From positions 62,001-126,000 of the forward strand of contig CP089275.1 in the NCBI GenBank assembly GCA_023920165.1: DNA of 64,000 bases, given 5' to 3'. The position numbers and the translations under genes were made by a program. This document shows, one piece after another, positions 13,848 to 25,421 of the stretch; the first letter of the stretch is position 1, and each line of letters starts with the position of its first letter. The notes under the pieces were generated by a model. That model was not told where the DNA came from. It searched no databases and saw only the letters and a list, made by a program, of their open reading frames with translations. This DNA comes from Curvularia clavata (Eukaryota).

Positions 13848-14366
13848 ATGGGGTGGCTAAAGGCACTGCACAACATTGTCAATGATGCGGCACCCGAGTC
13901 AGTCAAGTCCCGGGATGGAGAGGATGTCAAGCGCAACCTGAACACGACTTGCGCCTCACATATCGAAGAGATTCATGTGCTTGATCAGCCACGATGTCTT
14001 CCCTTCGCCCATCCGGACACGGCCGACTCTCGACTACCCTTCCTCTCCGCGGCGGAGGTTGCTATCATCTCCGAGGGTCACAACAATAATTCGGCAAGTC
14101 GTCTCTACATCGTTGTCGATGAAATAGTATACGACTGTACACAATTCCTTCATGACCACCCTGGTGGTCCGCGAGTCATTGAAAACTTTAGAGGACAGGA
14201 TTGCTCGTGGCAGTTCTGGCGATTCCATTCGAAAGAAAACTTGAGGGTGTGGGGGCGACATTTGAGAGTTGCACGCACAAGCGGTGTGAAGAACAGATGG
14301 AAGGAGCGACCGAGATTTGTCGGTTTGAGAGGTTTGGGTGCTGCTGCTGAAGACTATACTTGGTAG
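13848..14366 (+). CDS. Cytochrome b5-like heme-binding protein (172 aa)
   Basis: LYIVVDEIVYDCTQFLHDHPGG...GQDCSWQFWRFHS b5 fold with HPGG; ATG in good context at 13848. Confidence 0.88.
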   Translation: MGWLKALHNIVNDAAPESVKSRDGEDVKRNLNTTCASHIEEIHVLDQPRCLPFAHPDTADSRLPFLSAAEVAIISEGHNNNSASRLYIVVDEIVYDCTQFLHDHPGGPRVIENFRGQDCSWQFWRFHSKENLRVWGRHLRVARTSGVKNRWKERPRFVGLRGLGAAAEDYTW

Positions 14367-14813
14367 CCAATTTTAAGTCATTCAAAATCAGCATGAAATA
14401 TAGTACCTAGGTATCTATATCCATGTTATGTTTTGATTACAAAGATTCGGTCCAGCCACCAAAGAACAGAGAAGCCGTAAACTTTTGATGCCCTTTCATG
14501 TGAACTGTGTTGTTGGTTGATTTATCTGAACTAACTATACAACCGGTTACTGAGGACCGCGTCTTTTCCATCAAACGATCGATTACTGTATATTCAGAGT
14601 AGAAACTACACGAAATTGGTGAGTGCAACTAGTTCCCAAGATCAAGCATAAATGAACGCGATCGTATCGTCTGTAAGTTCTCCAACCTATCTGCCGCTGT
14701 CATATATGCTACAAGTACAAGAACAAAAATCCACTACTCAAATAACCCGGTATCTTCTGCAATGTTTCGGAATCATATCTGTCGTTGATTTGGAAACACT
14801 CAATCGTTGTTGT

Positions 14814-15650
14814 TTAATAATCTTTCTTTGCCATTGGAAACACCGGAAGATTAATAGGCGTCAGTTCATCCGCCCACAATCCTGCACAACCAGCCCAATC
14901 TGTAAAAGAACGTCAGCGTAGATTTAGTATTGGGTGGGAGATCACTCACAGGCGAAAAATCCAACTACAAATCCCACTGAATTAGCCGTCATTAAGACTG
15001 TGCTACTGTCTGCCATATATCCAACAGCCAGCAGCAGAAGCTCTACATCAAGAAAGAATAGCGTAAGCAAAAGAACCCAGGAGCTCCGTATGGCTGCAAC
15101 AGTGTATATTACAGTTAGAATGAACCATGCCCAGCAGTACATAGCCAATGCTTGATTGAACTCCGGGCGTAGTTGACCTGAAGCAGTGTCTGTATACGCT
15201 GTGACAGGATCAGTATTTGGTAGTTTACAGACAGGGTTTGAACATACATGCGATAATTCCTGTTCCAGGGACAAAAATCATGGCATAAGACAAGTTGAAG
15301 GCGGCGTATGATGGGAAAACCGTTGCGCCAAAGGTGTTTCCAGCCACGAAATCCATGATTCCTGAGATCAACTGGCAAATGCCCCCGAAGGATATCAGCA
15401 CACCCACAAGAATGTTAGGCGTCTGGATGCCACGAGTTTGAACACCCAGTATTGAGATGAGGAAGATGCCTGTAGCGAAAGACAACAAGCCCAGAGGAGC
15501 TGGATTGGCGAGGCGTGTATGAATTACAGGTAGAGAAGGCTGTTCTGTGCTAAGGATATTACCACCTGGTGTTTGAAGTCGCTCAAGACGACAAGGTGAC
15601 ATCTGGCGTTTCTCTGTAGTGACATCTTCGTCTGGGCACCTATGGACCAT
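14814..15650 (-). CDS. GPR1/FUN34/YaaH (AcpA/Ady2-like) acetate/short-carboxylate transporter
   Basis: Signature ANPAPLGLLSFA, GNTFGATVFPSYAAF; hydrophobic helices; two introns; last exon YWAGCAGLWADELTPINLPVFPMAKKDY*. Confidence 0.9.
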
Positions 15651-16263
15651 GATGTATCTAGGCTGCGCGAAAGGCTAGAATTTTGAACACAAAACAACGG
15701 GGAACTGTTGTCAACCCTATTGCAAAGCTTTGGGATGACCAGATCTTATGCTCTGTGGATTATGACAATAGCGCCCGGCAGCATATTGGTACAACCCGGG
15801 CAGACTCCGGCTCTGAACGGATTTGCATCGAATTTCGGAAGTTGTCCCCAATATGCTGTATGGCATAATCCATGTGCGCTCAACAAAAAGTTAGAGCTAT
15901 CGATTGCCTATTTGGTGCCACGCATTTTGCTAGCGTTGTTTGTTTGTAGTCTGGAAGTTTACTCCGCGATCCCCGCTGCAAAAAGCTATAGTTTGCCCCA
16001 CTATATCCGCACCACGATTATCAGGACCCGCTATGTCCGTATCTCCGTCCCAAACTTCCACAAGTTCCCCTCATTGTGTGTATCACCTGCCAACCTGCCA
16101 AAGAAAACGATATCCGATACTCGGCAAAATCGTACGTTTACCCGATAACACTTCTTTCTCACATTATTAAAACCCACTGACTGTTCGTTAGAATCGAAAA
16201 CATGTTCCAATCTTAAGCATCTGCCATTATCAACACGGACCCAATCATACAGAGCTTATTCCA

Positions 16264-18150
16264 ATGGATTCAATCGATTCCGCCAACGGACACATTTCTT
16301 TCACAAACTATGTGTCTTTCCAAGATTTACAGACTGGAATGAGTCGCGTTGGACACTACCATCTTACGAAGAAATCGATTCAGCCATTGGCCTTTTCGTC
16401 TGGGACGCCGTTGGACAATTTGTATCAAGTCATCGAAGTTGGCGAGTCCAACATTATACCTGCAGGCCCAACCTTGCCAATCTCTTCAGTTAAGATACTT
16501 CCACCTTTTACAGGACGGGACATCCTCTGCGTTGGCAAAAACTATGCTGAACATGCTAAAGAGTTCAACAGCTCTGGGTTTGATAGCTCAGATAGGGTTG
16601 ATACGCCATCTCACCCTGTGATCTTTACTAAGCGTTTCACCTCTATCGTTGCGGATGGCGATGATATCTTTCCCCACCCAGACTTTACTTCAACAATTGA
16701 CTATGAAGGCGAGATTGGTGTTGTTATTGGCAAGGCAGGGTTTCGTATTTCTGAAGAAGATGCTATGAGCCATGTGTGGGGTTATACAATTGTGAACGAT
16801 GTGACGGCACGCGAGCGCCAAAGAGATCACAAGCAGTTCTACATCGGCAAGTCGCCTGATACATTCTGCCCAATGGTGCGTAAATATTCAAGCCCCAATG
16901 GATTAGCACTGATGCTAGAGAACAGGGACCAATCGCTGTGCCGGTGTCGAAAATGGACAAGGTTTTGCGGATTCAGACATATGTCAACGGTGAGCTACGA
17001 CAAAATGCAACAACGAACGACCTCATATTTTCAATTCCATTTTTGATCAAAACAATGTCAGAGGGTCAGACATTGATGCCAGGTGATGTCCTTGCTACAG
17101 GAACAGTAAGCTGAATAATCGGCGCGTAAATGATCAAAGAATATTACTAACTTGCAAAAGCCTGCCGGTGTTGGTATCGGGAAGAAGCCCCCTGTCTATC
17201 TCGTACCTGGCGATACTGTGGTTGTCTCGGTGACTGGTTTAGGGTCCCTAATGAATCGCATCGGAAGCTTGAACTCAGACAATCCCGTCGTTGACCAGGT
17301 CAAGAAGACATCCTCCCTTCAGCTGACCAATGCTGCTAAGATAGTCGACTCGTCGTCATTGACGCAGATCAACAACAAGCCCCTCTATTACAAGAGCTTC
17401 GGTCAGACGTCAGGGTCTCCAATAGTGTTTGTACATGGCCTTGGGGGCAGCACAGAGTTTTACGACCCACTCATTCGAGCGCTAAGCCTCGAAAGGTCAC
17501 ATTCATTACATTGTTTCGACTTGGAGGGCCACGGTTCATCGCCAACATCTCCTCTCAGTACGCTTAGTATCAAATCTTTTGCTGAAGATGTAAGAGGAGT
17601 ATTTGAAAAAGCGAATATCACAACTGGTGCTACACTGGTAGCGCATTCCATGGGATGCTTGGTAGCAGCGCAATTTGTGTTGTCGCACCCTGACAAGGTT
17701 ACAAAACTCATCTTGCTCGGTCCGCCACCATCGCCACTCCCTGAAGCTGGAAGAACAGCTACCTACGCTCGTGCTGACACTGTTCGTGCAAAGGGCATGC
17801 AGTCGATCGTTGATGCGGTTGCGATGGCAGGTACATCTGGCAAAACGAAAGCTTCAAATCCTGTAGCAGTAACAGCGGTTCGACTGTCACTCTTGGGTCA
17901 GGACCCAGAAGGATACAGTAAAGCTTGTTCAGCGCTTGCTGGCGCAAAGGCCCTTGATTTCTCTGCGGTACAACCTGAGACCCTCATCATAACAGGTAGT
18001 GAGGACAAAGTCTCCCCACAACAGCTCTGTGAAAACTACGTGAAAGGACGTAACGGAAGGGCAAGTTTGCAGGTTCTGCAAGACACAGGTCACTGGCACG
18101 TATTCGAGGATCTTCAAGGTACTGCAGACGCTATCCAGACATTCTTATAG
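16264..18150 (+). CDS. Fusion of a fumarylacetoacetate-hydrolase-family domain and an alpha/beta hydrolase (~593 aa)
   Basis: FAH motifs ILCVGKNYAEH, DYEGEIGVVIG, NDVTARERQ, GKSPDTFCPMGP, GDVLATGT|PAGVG across introns 16876-16925 and 17106-17160; C-terminal VHGLGG, FDLEGHG, AHSMG nucleophile, GSED, TGHW. Confidence 0.9.
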
Positions 18151-19362
18151 ATTGAAAAGTAAATAGAGTTCGAGGTCTAGGATGATTATAGACTTCTAAA
18201 TCTTATGACATGTGTCTTAGTTAGATCATCGCAGTTTCACGCTATTCCATTCATGATTGTAGTCTACTCTTGAGGTACGTCTAAGCTTCGCAACCTACTC
18301 GATCTGCTCAAACCAGATCGGCTGCTTCAATAAATGCTATTCACGCGGCACTATGCACAAGATAACCGGTACCACTGGCACAGCAAGACCACAACTCATA
18401 ATTGTTGAGTTTTTACATGAGGATGAACAGTAACGTCTATTCCCTCGATATTTGCATACTTAAGCGGAGATTGGCATGTTTTCTGGCGCACATGCGGTTG
18501 GTGTAGAAGCGATATTCTAGGGCTGGCTGGGGCGGCAAGAGCAATGTCAAAGAGCGCGACGCGTCCACGTTACGTAGTCGTGTCTTTCGACGCAGCCTTC
18601 GCGAAAGAGACGCCCGCTCTTGCTGGACACACACGTTGCTATAGAGAGAACGATCTGTACGACCTTGTGGGTAATACAGTTGATTTACTTAAATGTTCTG
18701 TAAAAGATGGGCATGAACACCAACAGATGCTGTCCACGCACAGGCCCCAGCCACCAACGCAGCGTCCGCTCTGTACCCCAACTTCGCAACTCCATAAATC
18801 TATCATAATATGATATTAACTCCATGATGTAGTATATCGGTTGAGAGGTCGCTCTTGTTCACCAGTGGGCAAAGGTCGCCAAATTATGACGGCATACTTT
18901 TGAGCCGAATACCATTACTGTTGCAAAGACGAAGAATTGATGGTCTTTGATGGTTTTCCATTCCCTTCTAGCAGACTCTATGTGCACAAGCTGTGAAAGT
19001 TCACTACTAAGTTTTCTGAGATCAGAGTGTCGGCACTAGGGATTAGGTTAGTTTCCTTCGTAGTGGCAATCGGAGATTGAATTCGGAGCTCTTCGGATAA
19101 CTCCTGTGGAGCTTCAAGTATTGCTACGACAAATTGTGGGCCACGAACCCTTGCCTAGGTCCGACCCCAGTGAGCACGGTCACACCGGATTTTTCAGTTG
19201 CCGTTCTGATTAGAATCGAACGACATTTGCGAGGGCGAATTGATCTGATAAAGGACTGTCTAATTACAGTCCTTCCCTGACAAATACTCTTTCCACTATC
19301 GCTGTGCAGTGTGTTCTTATACCCCAACGCTCCTTAATCTACACGAAAGTCTTTTCTGAGCT

Positions 19363-20391
19363 ATGGATGTCGCACTTGAGTTTCTTGATCCCCTTATCTT
19401 CGATCAGGTCTACGCCTGGGCCCTACCATACCTTCGGCCCATCCTTGGCAATTCTTCAGAAACGAACAACATCCTCGGTGCAGAGACATCGCAAATCTCA
19501 CTCTGGGACCGCAACAACATCTACCGCCAATGCATCTCGATTCTGCTTATCACTCAGCTTGGCGCATCTGCCCTCTACCTCCTCTTTAGCGGATTGTCAT
19601 ATCATTGGTTTTTTGATCGACGTTTGGAACTCCATCCAAAGTTTCTGAAGAACCAAGTCCGCCAAGAGATCAGGATGTCTTTAACGGCAATTCCCTTTAT
19701 CAATATCATGACTCTTCCTTGGTTTCTTGCTGAAGTTCGCGGCTACAGCTTACTGTATAGCGATATACAGAGCTATGGCTGGGGTTGGCTTTTGGTCTCA
19801 TCGCTTCTATATATGGTTTTTAATGATGTTGGCATTTACTGGATTCACCGCTTGGAGCACCATCCTAGTATATACAAGTATATACACAAGCCACATCACA
19901 AATGGATTAGTGAGTTTTCAACTATCTTCAGGGCGAAACTATGCTGATAACGCTACAGTTCCTACACCTTGGGCTGCGCTAGCTTTCCACCCAGTTGACG
20001 GATACGTACAATCGCTACCATATCAGTAAGCATTGCTCTAAGCCTTGATGAAGGGTTCTTTTAATAATCTCTGCTTAGTGCTTTTATCTTTCTATGTCCT
20101 ATAAACAGATACCTCTATATATTCCTGTTTGTCGCTGTTCAGATCTGGACTATCTTCATTCATGACGGCGACATGGTCTCTGGTTACTGGATTGAGAAGT
20201 ACATCAACACTCCTGCTCACCACACGCTGCATCATATGTATTTCACTGTTAACTACGGACAATACTTTACTTGGTGCGACAAATACTGCAACTCACATCG
20301 CGCACCTAGCTCCGAGCTGGATCCTATTCATGACGTTGTTAAAACTATTATGGCTAGAGAACTCCTTAATAAGAAAGAGAAGCTCATTTGA
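19363..20391 (+). CDS. ERG3: Sterol C-5 desaturase (fatty acid hydroxylase/sterol desaturase family)
   Basis: HPKFLKNQVRQEI; His boxes HRLEH, HKPHH, HTLHH; PTPWAALAFHPVDG; NYGQYFTWCD; introns ~19910-19958 and ~20026-20078. Confidence 0.9.
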
Positions 20392-20809
20392 AGACTAGGT
20401 TCAGGCAAAGATTAGAGAATAATTAGACGAAATCTTTTTTGTTTTTAACAAGATGGAATTAGAAAAGTAAAGACAGTTCTAATACTATTCCCGTTTTCTC
20501 ATTAGCTAATCTAGTCGTTGTAATATTAGCAAAAGAAAGATATTCAAAATCGAAGAGCTGTTTAATGGTACTAAAAATCGAACTGCTTACGCTCTACTAG
20601 CGCGTCGATGTCAACACTATGTAAAAAGGGATGTTGTAGTGTTGCAAGTAACAGCCAAATAAATCTCTCTCTAGATTCTGACCACGAGTGGTCGAGGACC
20701 TACTCGGGGAGTTAGCAGGTAAAGTACGTCATCAGTTCCAGTACGTTAACATGTCCGTTACAGAAGGATGCACGCTAGGTAAAGATTAGTGTTTAATTCG
20801 TGTTGCATA

Positions 20810-22647
20810 ACGTGTATGGCAAGCGAGCGGCGCAGGCAAGCGAGCGGCGCACCTCACCAAACTTGCGCACCTCCTTGAACTAAACATCTAATTACTCAAC
20901 ACTATTATAATCAAATGGCTTTAAATGAACTAGATATCTAGCTTACTATCTAATCTCTTAAAAATAAATAGATTTAAGAAAATCGCCGCGCTACTGCAGT
21001 CTATAATGTAGCCGAAACGACGCTCCGCCGCCGACGCGCTGGCAAGCTTGCCCGACGCGATTGCCAGCCTAACTCAAAGAAGCTTACCAAGCTAGAAGAG
21101 GAGGTAATAGTTAGTCATATACTTGATCTTGACTCACGTGGATTTGCGCCCACGTACGCCGCTGTACGCGATATAGCTGATAAGCTGCTGACTACGCGCG
21201 GCGCTGGACAGGTTGGGCAAAAGTGGCTAGCCAACTTTATTAAGCGTATAGATAGTCTTACGACGCGTTTTAGTCGGATATACGATAGGCAGAGAGCTTT
21301 ATGTAAAGATTTAGTCTTAATTAAGAGCTAGTTTAAGCTTATAGAGTAGATAAAGGCTAAGTACGGCATCTGTGACGAGGACGTCTATAACTTTAACGAA
21401 GCTGGCTTCTCAATAGGCAAGATCACGACTCAGCTTGTCGTTACAGCGTTAGAGAGAAGAGGCCGGCCAAAAGCTATCCAGCTAGGTGGCCGAGAGTGGG
21501 TGACGTTTATCGCTAGGATTAACGCAGCTAGCTAGTCTATCCCACCGTTTCTAATTTTTACTAGCAAGTATCACCTATCTACCTAGTATAAGGAGGCAGA
21601 GATCCCACGCGACTGGGCGATCGCAGTTAGCGATAACGGCTAGACAACCAACGAGCTAGAAGTTAAGTAGCTGAAGCACTTTGACGCCCATACGAAGACT
21701 CGCGTTATAGGCGCGCGCCGTCTACTTATCCTTAATAGCTATAAGAGTTATAACTCTCTTGCGTTTTAAGAGCTCTATAAGGAGAACAATATCTACACGC
21801 TCTATATGCCACCCCACTCGTCTCACCTACTCCAGTCTCTTGACGTTAGCTGCTTCTCGCCATTAAAGCGCGCGTATAGCTGTGAGGTAGAGAGTCTAAT
21901 ACGCAACCATATCAACTATATCACTAAGCTCGAGTTTCTACTAGCATTTAAGACAGCTTTTAATCAATTATTTACGCCAGCTAATATCTGCTCAGCTTTC
22001 TAAGGCGCAGGCCTTATTCCTCTCTAGCCAGATACTGTTCTATTAAAGCTTAACGTATAGCTACGTACGCCTACTCCTCCAGCTATTCTAGTAGAAGCCC
22101 TCTAGCAGGCTCGTACGCCTAGCAACGCACGCGAGCTTGAAGCTCAATTAACATTAATACGTAATTGCGTTCAGCAGCATTAAGACTCGTCGCCAGCTTC
22201 AATTATTGCGGTAATTAACTAGCTTAAAAAGAGGGTAGAGGTAACAATACTCTTGGCTAAGTTAATGCGCGATCAGATTACTAGTCTTAAAAAAGCTAAT
22301 ACAGCAATATCAGAGCGTAGACAGCGTAAAAAAAAGCAGATATAGAAGCGTAGAGTCCTTACAAAGAGAGCTAGAGAGGATATACTCGCTTAACGTAAGG
22401 CTAATAAGCAGATTGCTTATAAAGAGCGCCAGGGAGAAGAGCGATCAGGTGTCAGCCGCCAGGCTCTAGCGCGCTGTAGTAGGTGTAGAGAGACTGGCCA
22501 TAACTTACGTACGTGCAAGAAAGATACTATAGATAGTAATTAATCTACTACATTCATATCTATTAAAACTAATATTATATAGTGGAGCTACACGCTTATA
22601 AAGGTGCGCGAAGTTGGTGGGGTGCGCCGCTCGCTTGCCATACACGT
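20810..22647 (+). mobile_element. Full-length Fot1/pogo-family (Tc1-mariner superfamily) DNA transposon, RIP-inactivated
   Basis: TIR ACGTGTATGGCAAGCGAGCGGCGCA at 20810 and its reverse complement ending at 22647; TA target-site duplication at 20808-20809 and 22648-22649; 17-bp motif duplicated in tandem in the left end. Confidence 0.95.
20914..22543 (+). pseudogene. Fot-type DDE transposase with numerous premature stops
   Basis: HTH start (YNVAETTLRRRRAG), YNFNEAGF, MPPHSSHLLQSLDVSCFSPLKRAY, C-terminal RCSRCRETGHNLRTC; many TAG/TAA where CAG/CAA/TGG are expected. Confidence 0.92.
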
Positions 22648-22825
22648 TACCCATATTTTCAAGATCAGGGTGCGTGATTCCCTAACTGGGATGTAATGCG
22701 GGTCGACTTCACATAGCATTATATTCTAGAAAGCACACATGACAAACTGCAAAGATCGTAAATTTCATTGGTAAGGCAAATACACTTTTAAGGTGGTTCT
22801 GCAAAGTGTTTTAGCGGTCACTAGA

Positions 22826-24160
22826 TTAAAGAAGAACACCAACAGAGATCCAAGCTCTGCGAACAATCTGGGCTCCCGCAACTCCAAAGAGCCTGGTGGC
22901 GTGATCAACCGTGATATCAGCCCATTGCTCGAAATTGATGTCTTCCCTAGGAACCCTGGCGCGCGGGTCGGTCAGTGTGGCATACCAAATTCTACCAGCT
23001 GTCAACCAAGCCAACCCGCCGAAACCAATGGCAACCAAGTAGAACGCGCGGTTGGGGATACCTGAGGTAATATGAGGACCCTGGGCGTCGTTATACTGGC
23101 TGCTATGAGAGATCTGGGCGTCGCGGCCTAGAACAAGGTCGTCGAATGCAGTTCCTGGGTGGCAATGTTGCGAAGGGCTGAGCCCTTAATAGCAACAGGG
23201 AACAAGTTCTGTCCGGTGAGCCAATCGGCATCAGCTGCAGTCCGATTGAAGTGCCATTGCTAAACCAAGGCAGCAAAAACGTCAGAGATGGACTCATTCA
23301 ATCCTCCAGCTTGCTTTGTGTAAGCAATCCCAGCGGTGTACTGAGTAATGGCGTGAGTCAACTCGTGTGAGACGACATCAAGTGAACTCGTGAAATGATC
23401 GAATATGATACCATCACCATCTCCAAAAGCAAACTGAGAACCGTTCCAAAATGCATTGTTAAATCCAAGAGGATTGCTCGGCTCCGGATCATGATGGACA
23501 GTGACAATAGGATTTGTGCCATTACCATTGACAGCATTACGACCAAACACGGTGTAGTAGAATTGAACAGTGATGCCAACACCGTCGTAAGCGTAGTCTA
23601 CCTGTCTGTCTTTTGTTCGATGAGCCCCTTCCGCGCGAGCGAGGGTGCCTGGAAACGCGCCGCGGCCTTCTCCATCGTATATTGCACGCCTCAGCACGAG
23701 CGCTACAGCTCCAGGATCATGGGGCTCGTCCGTCGCCGCAGGACCAACGAGAGCAGTTCTCTGTTCGCGTATCTTAGCATCTGACCTCAACGTTGCCCTA
23801 GTACTCTCTCAAATCTCTTCATCTGCCAGCTCGCTCTGGGTGATGTTCTCGAGAATTCCAGGTGGGACAAAGCCTGAGCTTACAATTGGTGCTTGGGCGG
23901 CTTAAATATCAGAGCCTTCAAGCGTAGTAGGCGCTTCACTGATGATGAGGGATTGCAAACCCTTCTCGCGAAAGTCCTGGTCGATTGAGAGGGTCTGAAT
24001 AGCAGCTTGACGTGCCTCCTCTGGAGTAGCCTCAGAGTTAGCAATATGCTGGAGGACCTACGCAGGGACGAGGTGACACGTCTATAACCAAGAAGTTAGT
24101 ATGCTTCGAGAACAAGAGTCCTGAGGGTCCTGCAGCCCTAGCCTGGTGTTGATTGCACAT
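22826..24160 (-). pseudogene. Protealysin-like M4 (thermolysin family) metallopeptidase pseudogene
   Basis: NNAFWNGSQFAFGDGDG, HELTH, GGLNESISD, PHITSGIPNRAFYL; in-frame stops at 24058-24060, 23902-23904, 23809-23811 and 23260-23262; 1-bp frameshift near 23158. Confidence 0.88.
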
Positions 24161-25421
24161 GAGGAAGGTTCGTAAATACTTTCCTTAATAAACAGTTCCA
24201 AAGAAGACTTTCAATTCACAATGAACTTGAGATTTGACGATGTTTAAATGATGGTGTGAGGTGTGATCTTCGCCAACCATGCCCTTTATTCATACCTTAA
24301 TCGTTCGGACCCCGTCAGCCATGGCACTGAACTTGGCTGCAACGCCTTTCGCATCTCCAGCACATGATGTCTTGACCCAGACCAAAAGCAGCGCCTCGTT
24401 AGTCACCAAAATAACTCCTGCAGTACGCAATTCTGTTACCATTCCCCCGATCGGTTGTCTCATAGCAAAAACATGTGATAATTTTGCAGGAAATCACTCA
24501 GCAGTACTGCATTTTGCAGTCCAGCCCACTTGGCAGCCGCCGAGCTGAATATGGCCAGCTAATGGCCATGAACGACCAAACAATGAGCCAAATCTTGGCA
24601 ACGATAACCTCCAAAATGATCTGTTTCGCTGATTCAAACCTCTTTATTGTTTGGAAAATTGGCTCTGCTAGCTGAAGTAAACTTGACTACACGCAAATGA
24701 CTTCGATTTTAGGTTTTGAGGTTGCTACAGGTGGCTGTTGTACTTACTGGTCAAATATCGTCTCGTCATCAGCCTATACTTGGGCATGTGGTTATAAATC
24801 GTTATCTGGATAACTAGGTCAGAGGATGCTTGTATACTAAAGCCCTTTCCAGTCATTCTGACAGAGATCATTAGTAGCAACATCCCCTCTGACTAGTCAA
24901 GAAAGCATTCGTTCGGCTGATGACTGCTAAGCCAGTCATCCAAGTAACTATTCATTACCCCAAGACCCAAACAGCCAGATTTCCATAAAGCAGCGGAGCA
25001 AGAGCGCAGTACGCTGACTGTGTAACCAAGATTACGGAGTCCTGCATCATGTTACATAAATTATTCTGCCCTGACCTGTGTTTGGATGCCACCACCTGCT
25101 GCCTAGTAAATCTTGACCGATAACGAGCCTGAATGGAGGACAAAATTCAGCTTGGGCGGGGTTTACCAATCTGATGAATTCCTTCACTCGGTTCTGTCGA
25201 CCGGAATGCGAGTCTTTCAGCCGCAGCTGAACAACAAATGCAGATCACGCAAGCCCACTGGGACAAACCACAAACAACAACCCAAAATCTCTATTGTTAA
25301 AAAATAAAATTTCTTACGCAGCGTTATTCAAACCTGATAATTATTTCATTGCTGCTGTGCAACATTGCTCGGCCACGTCAATTTCCATACAACTAGCAAT
25401 TCTTCTCACGATTTAAATAGT

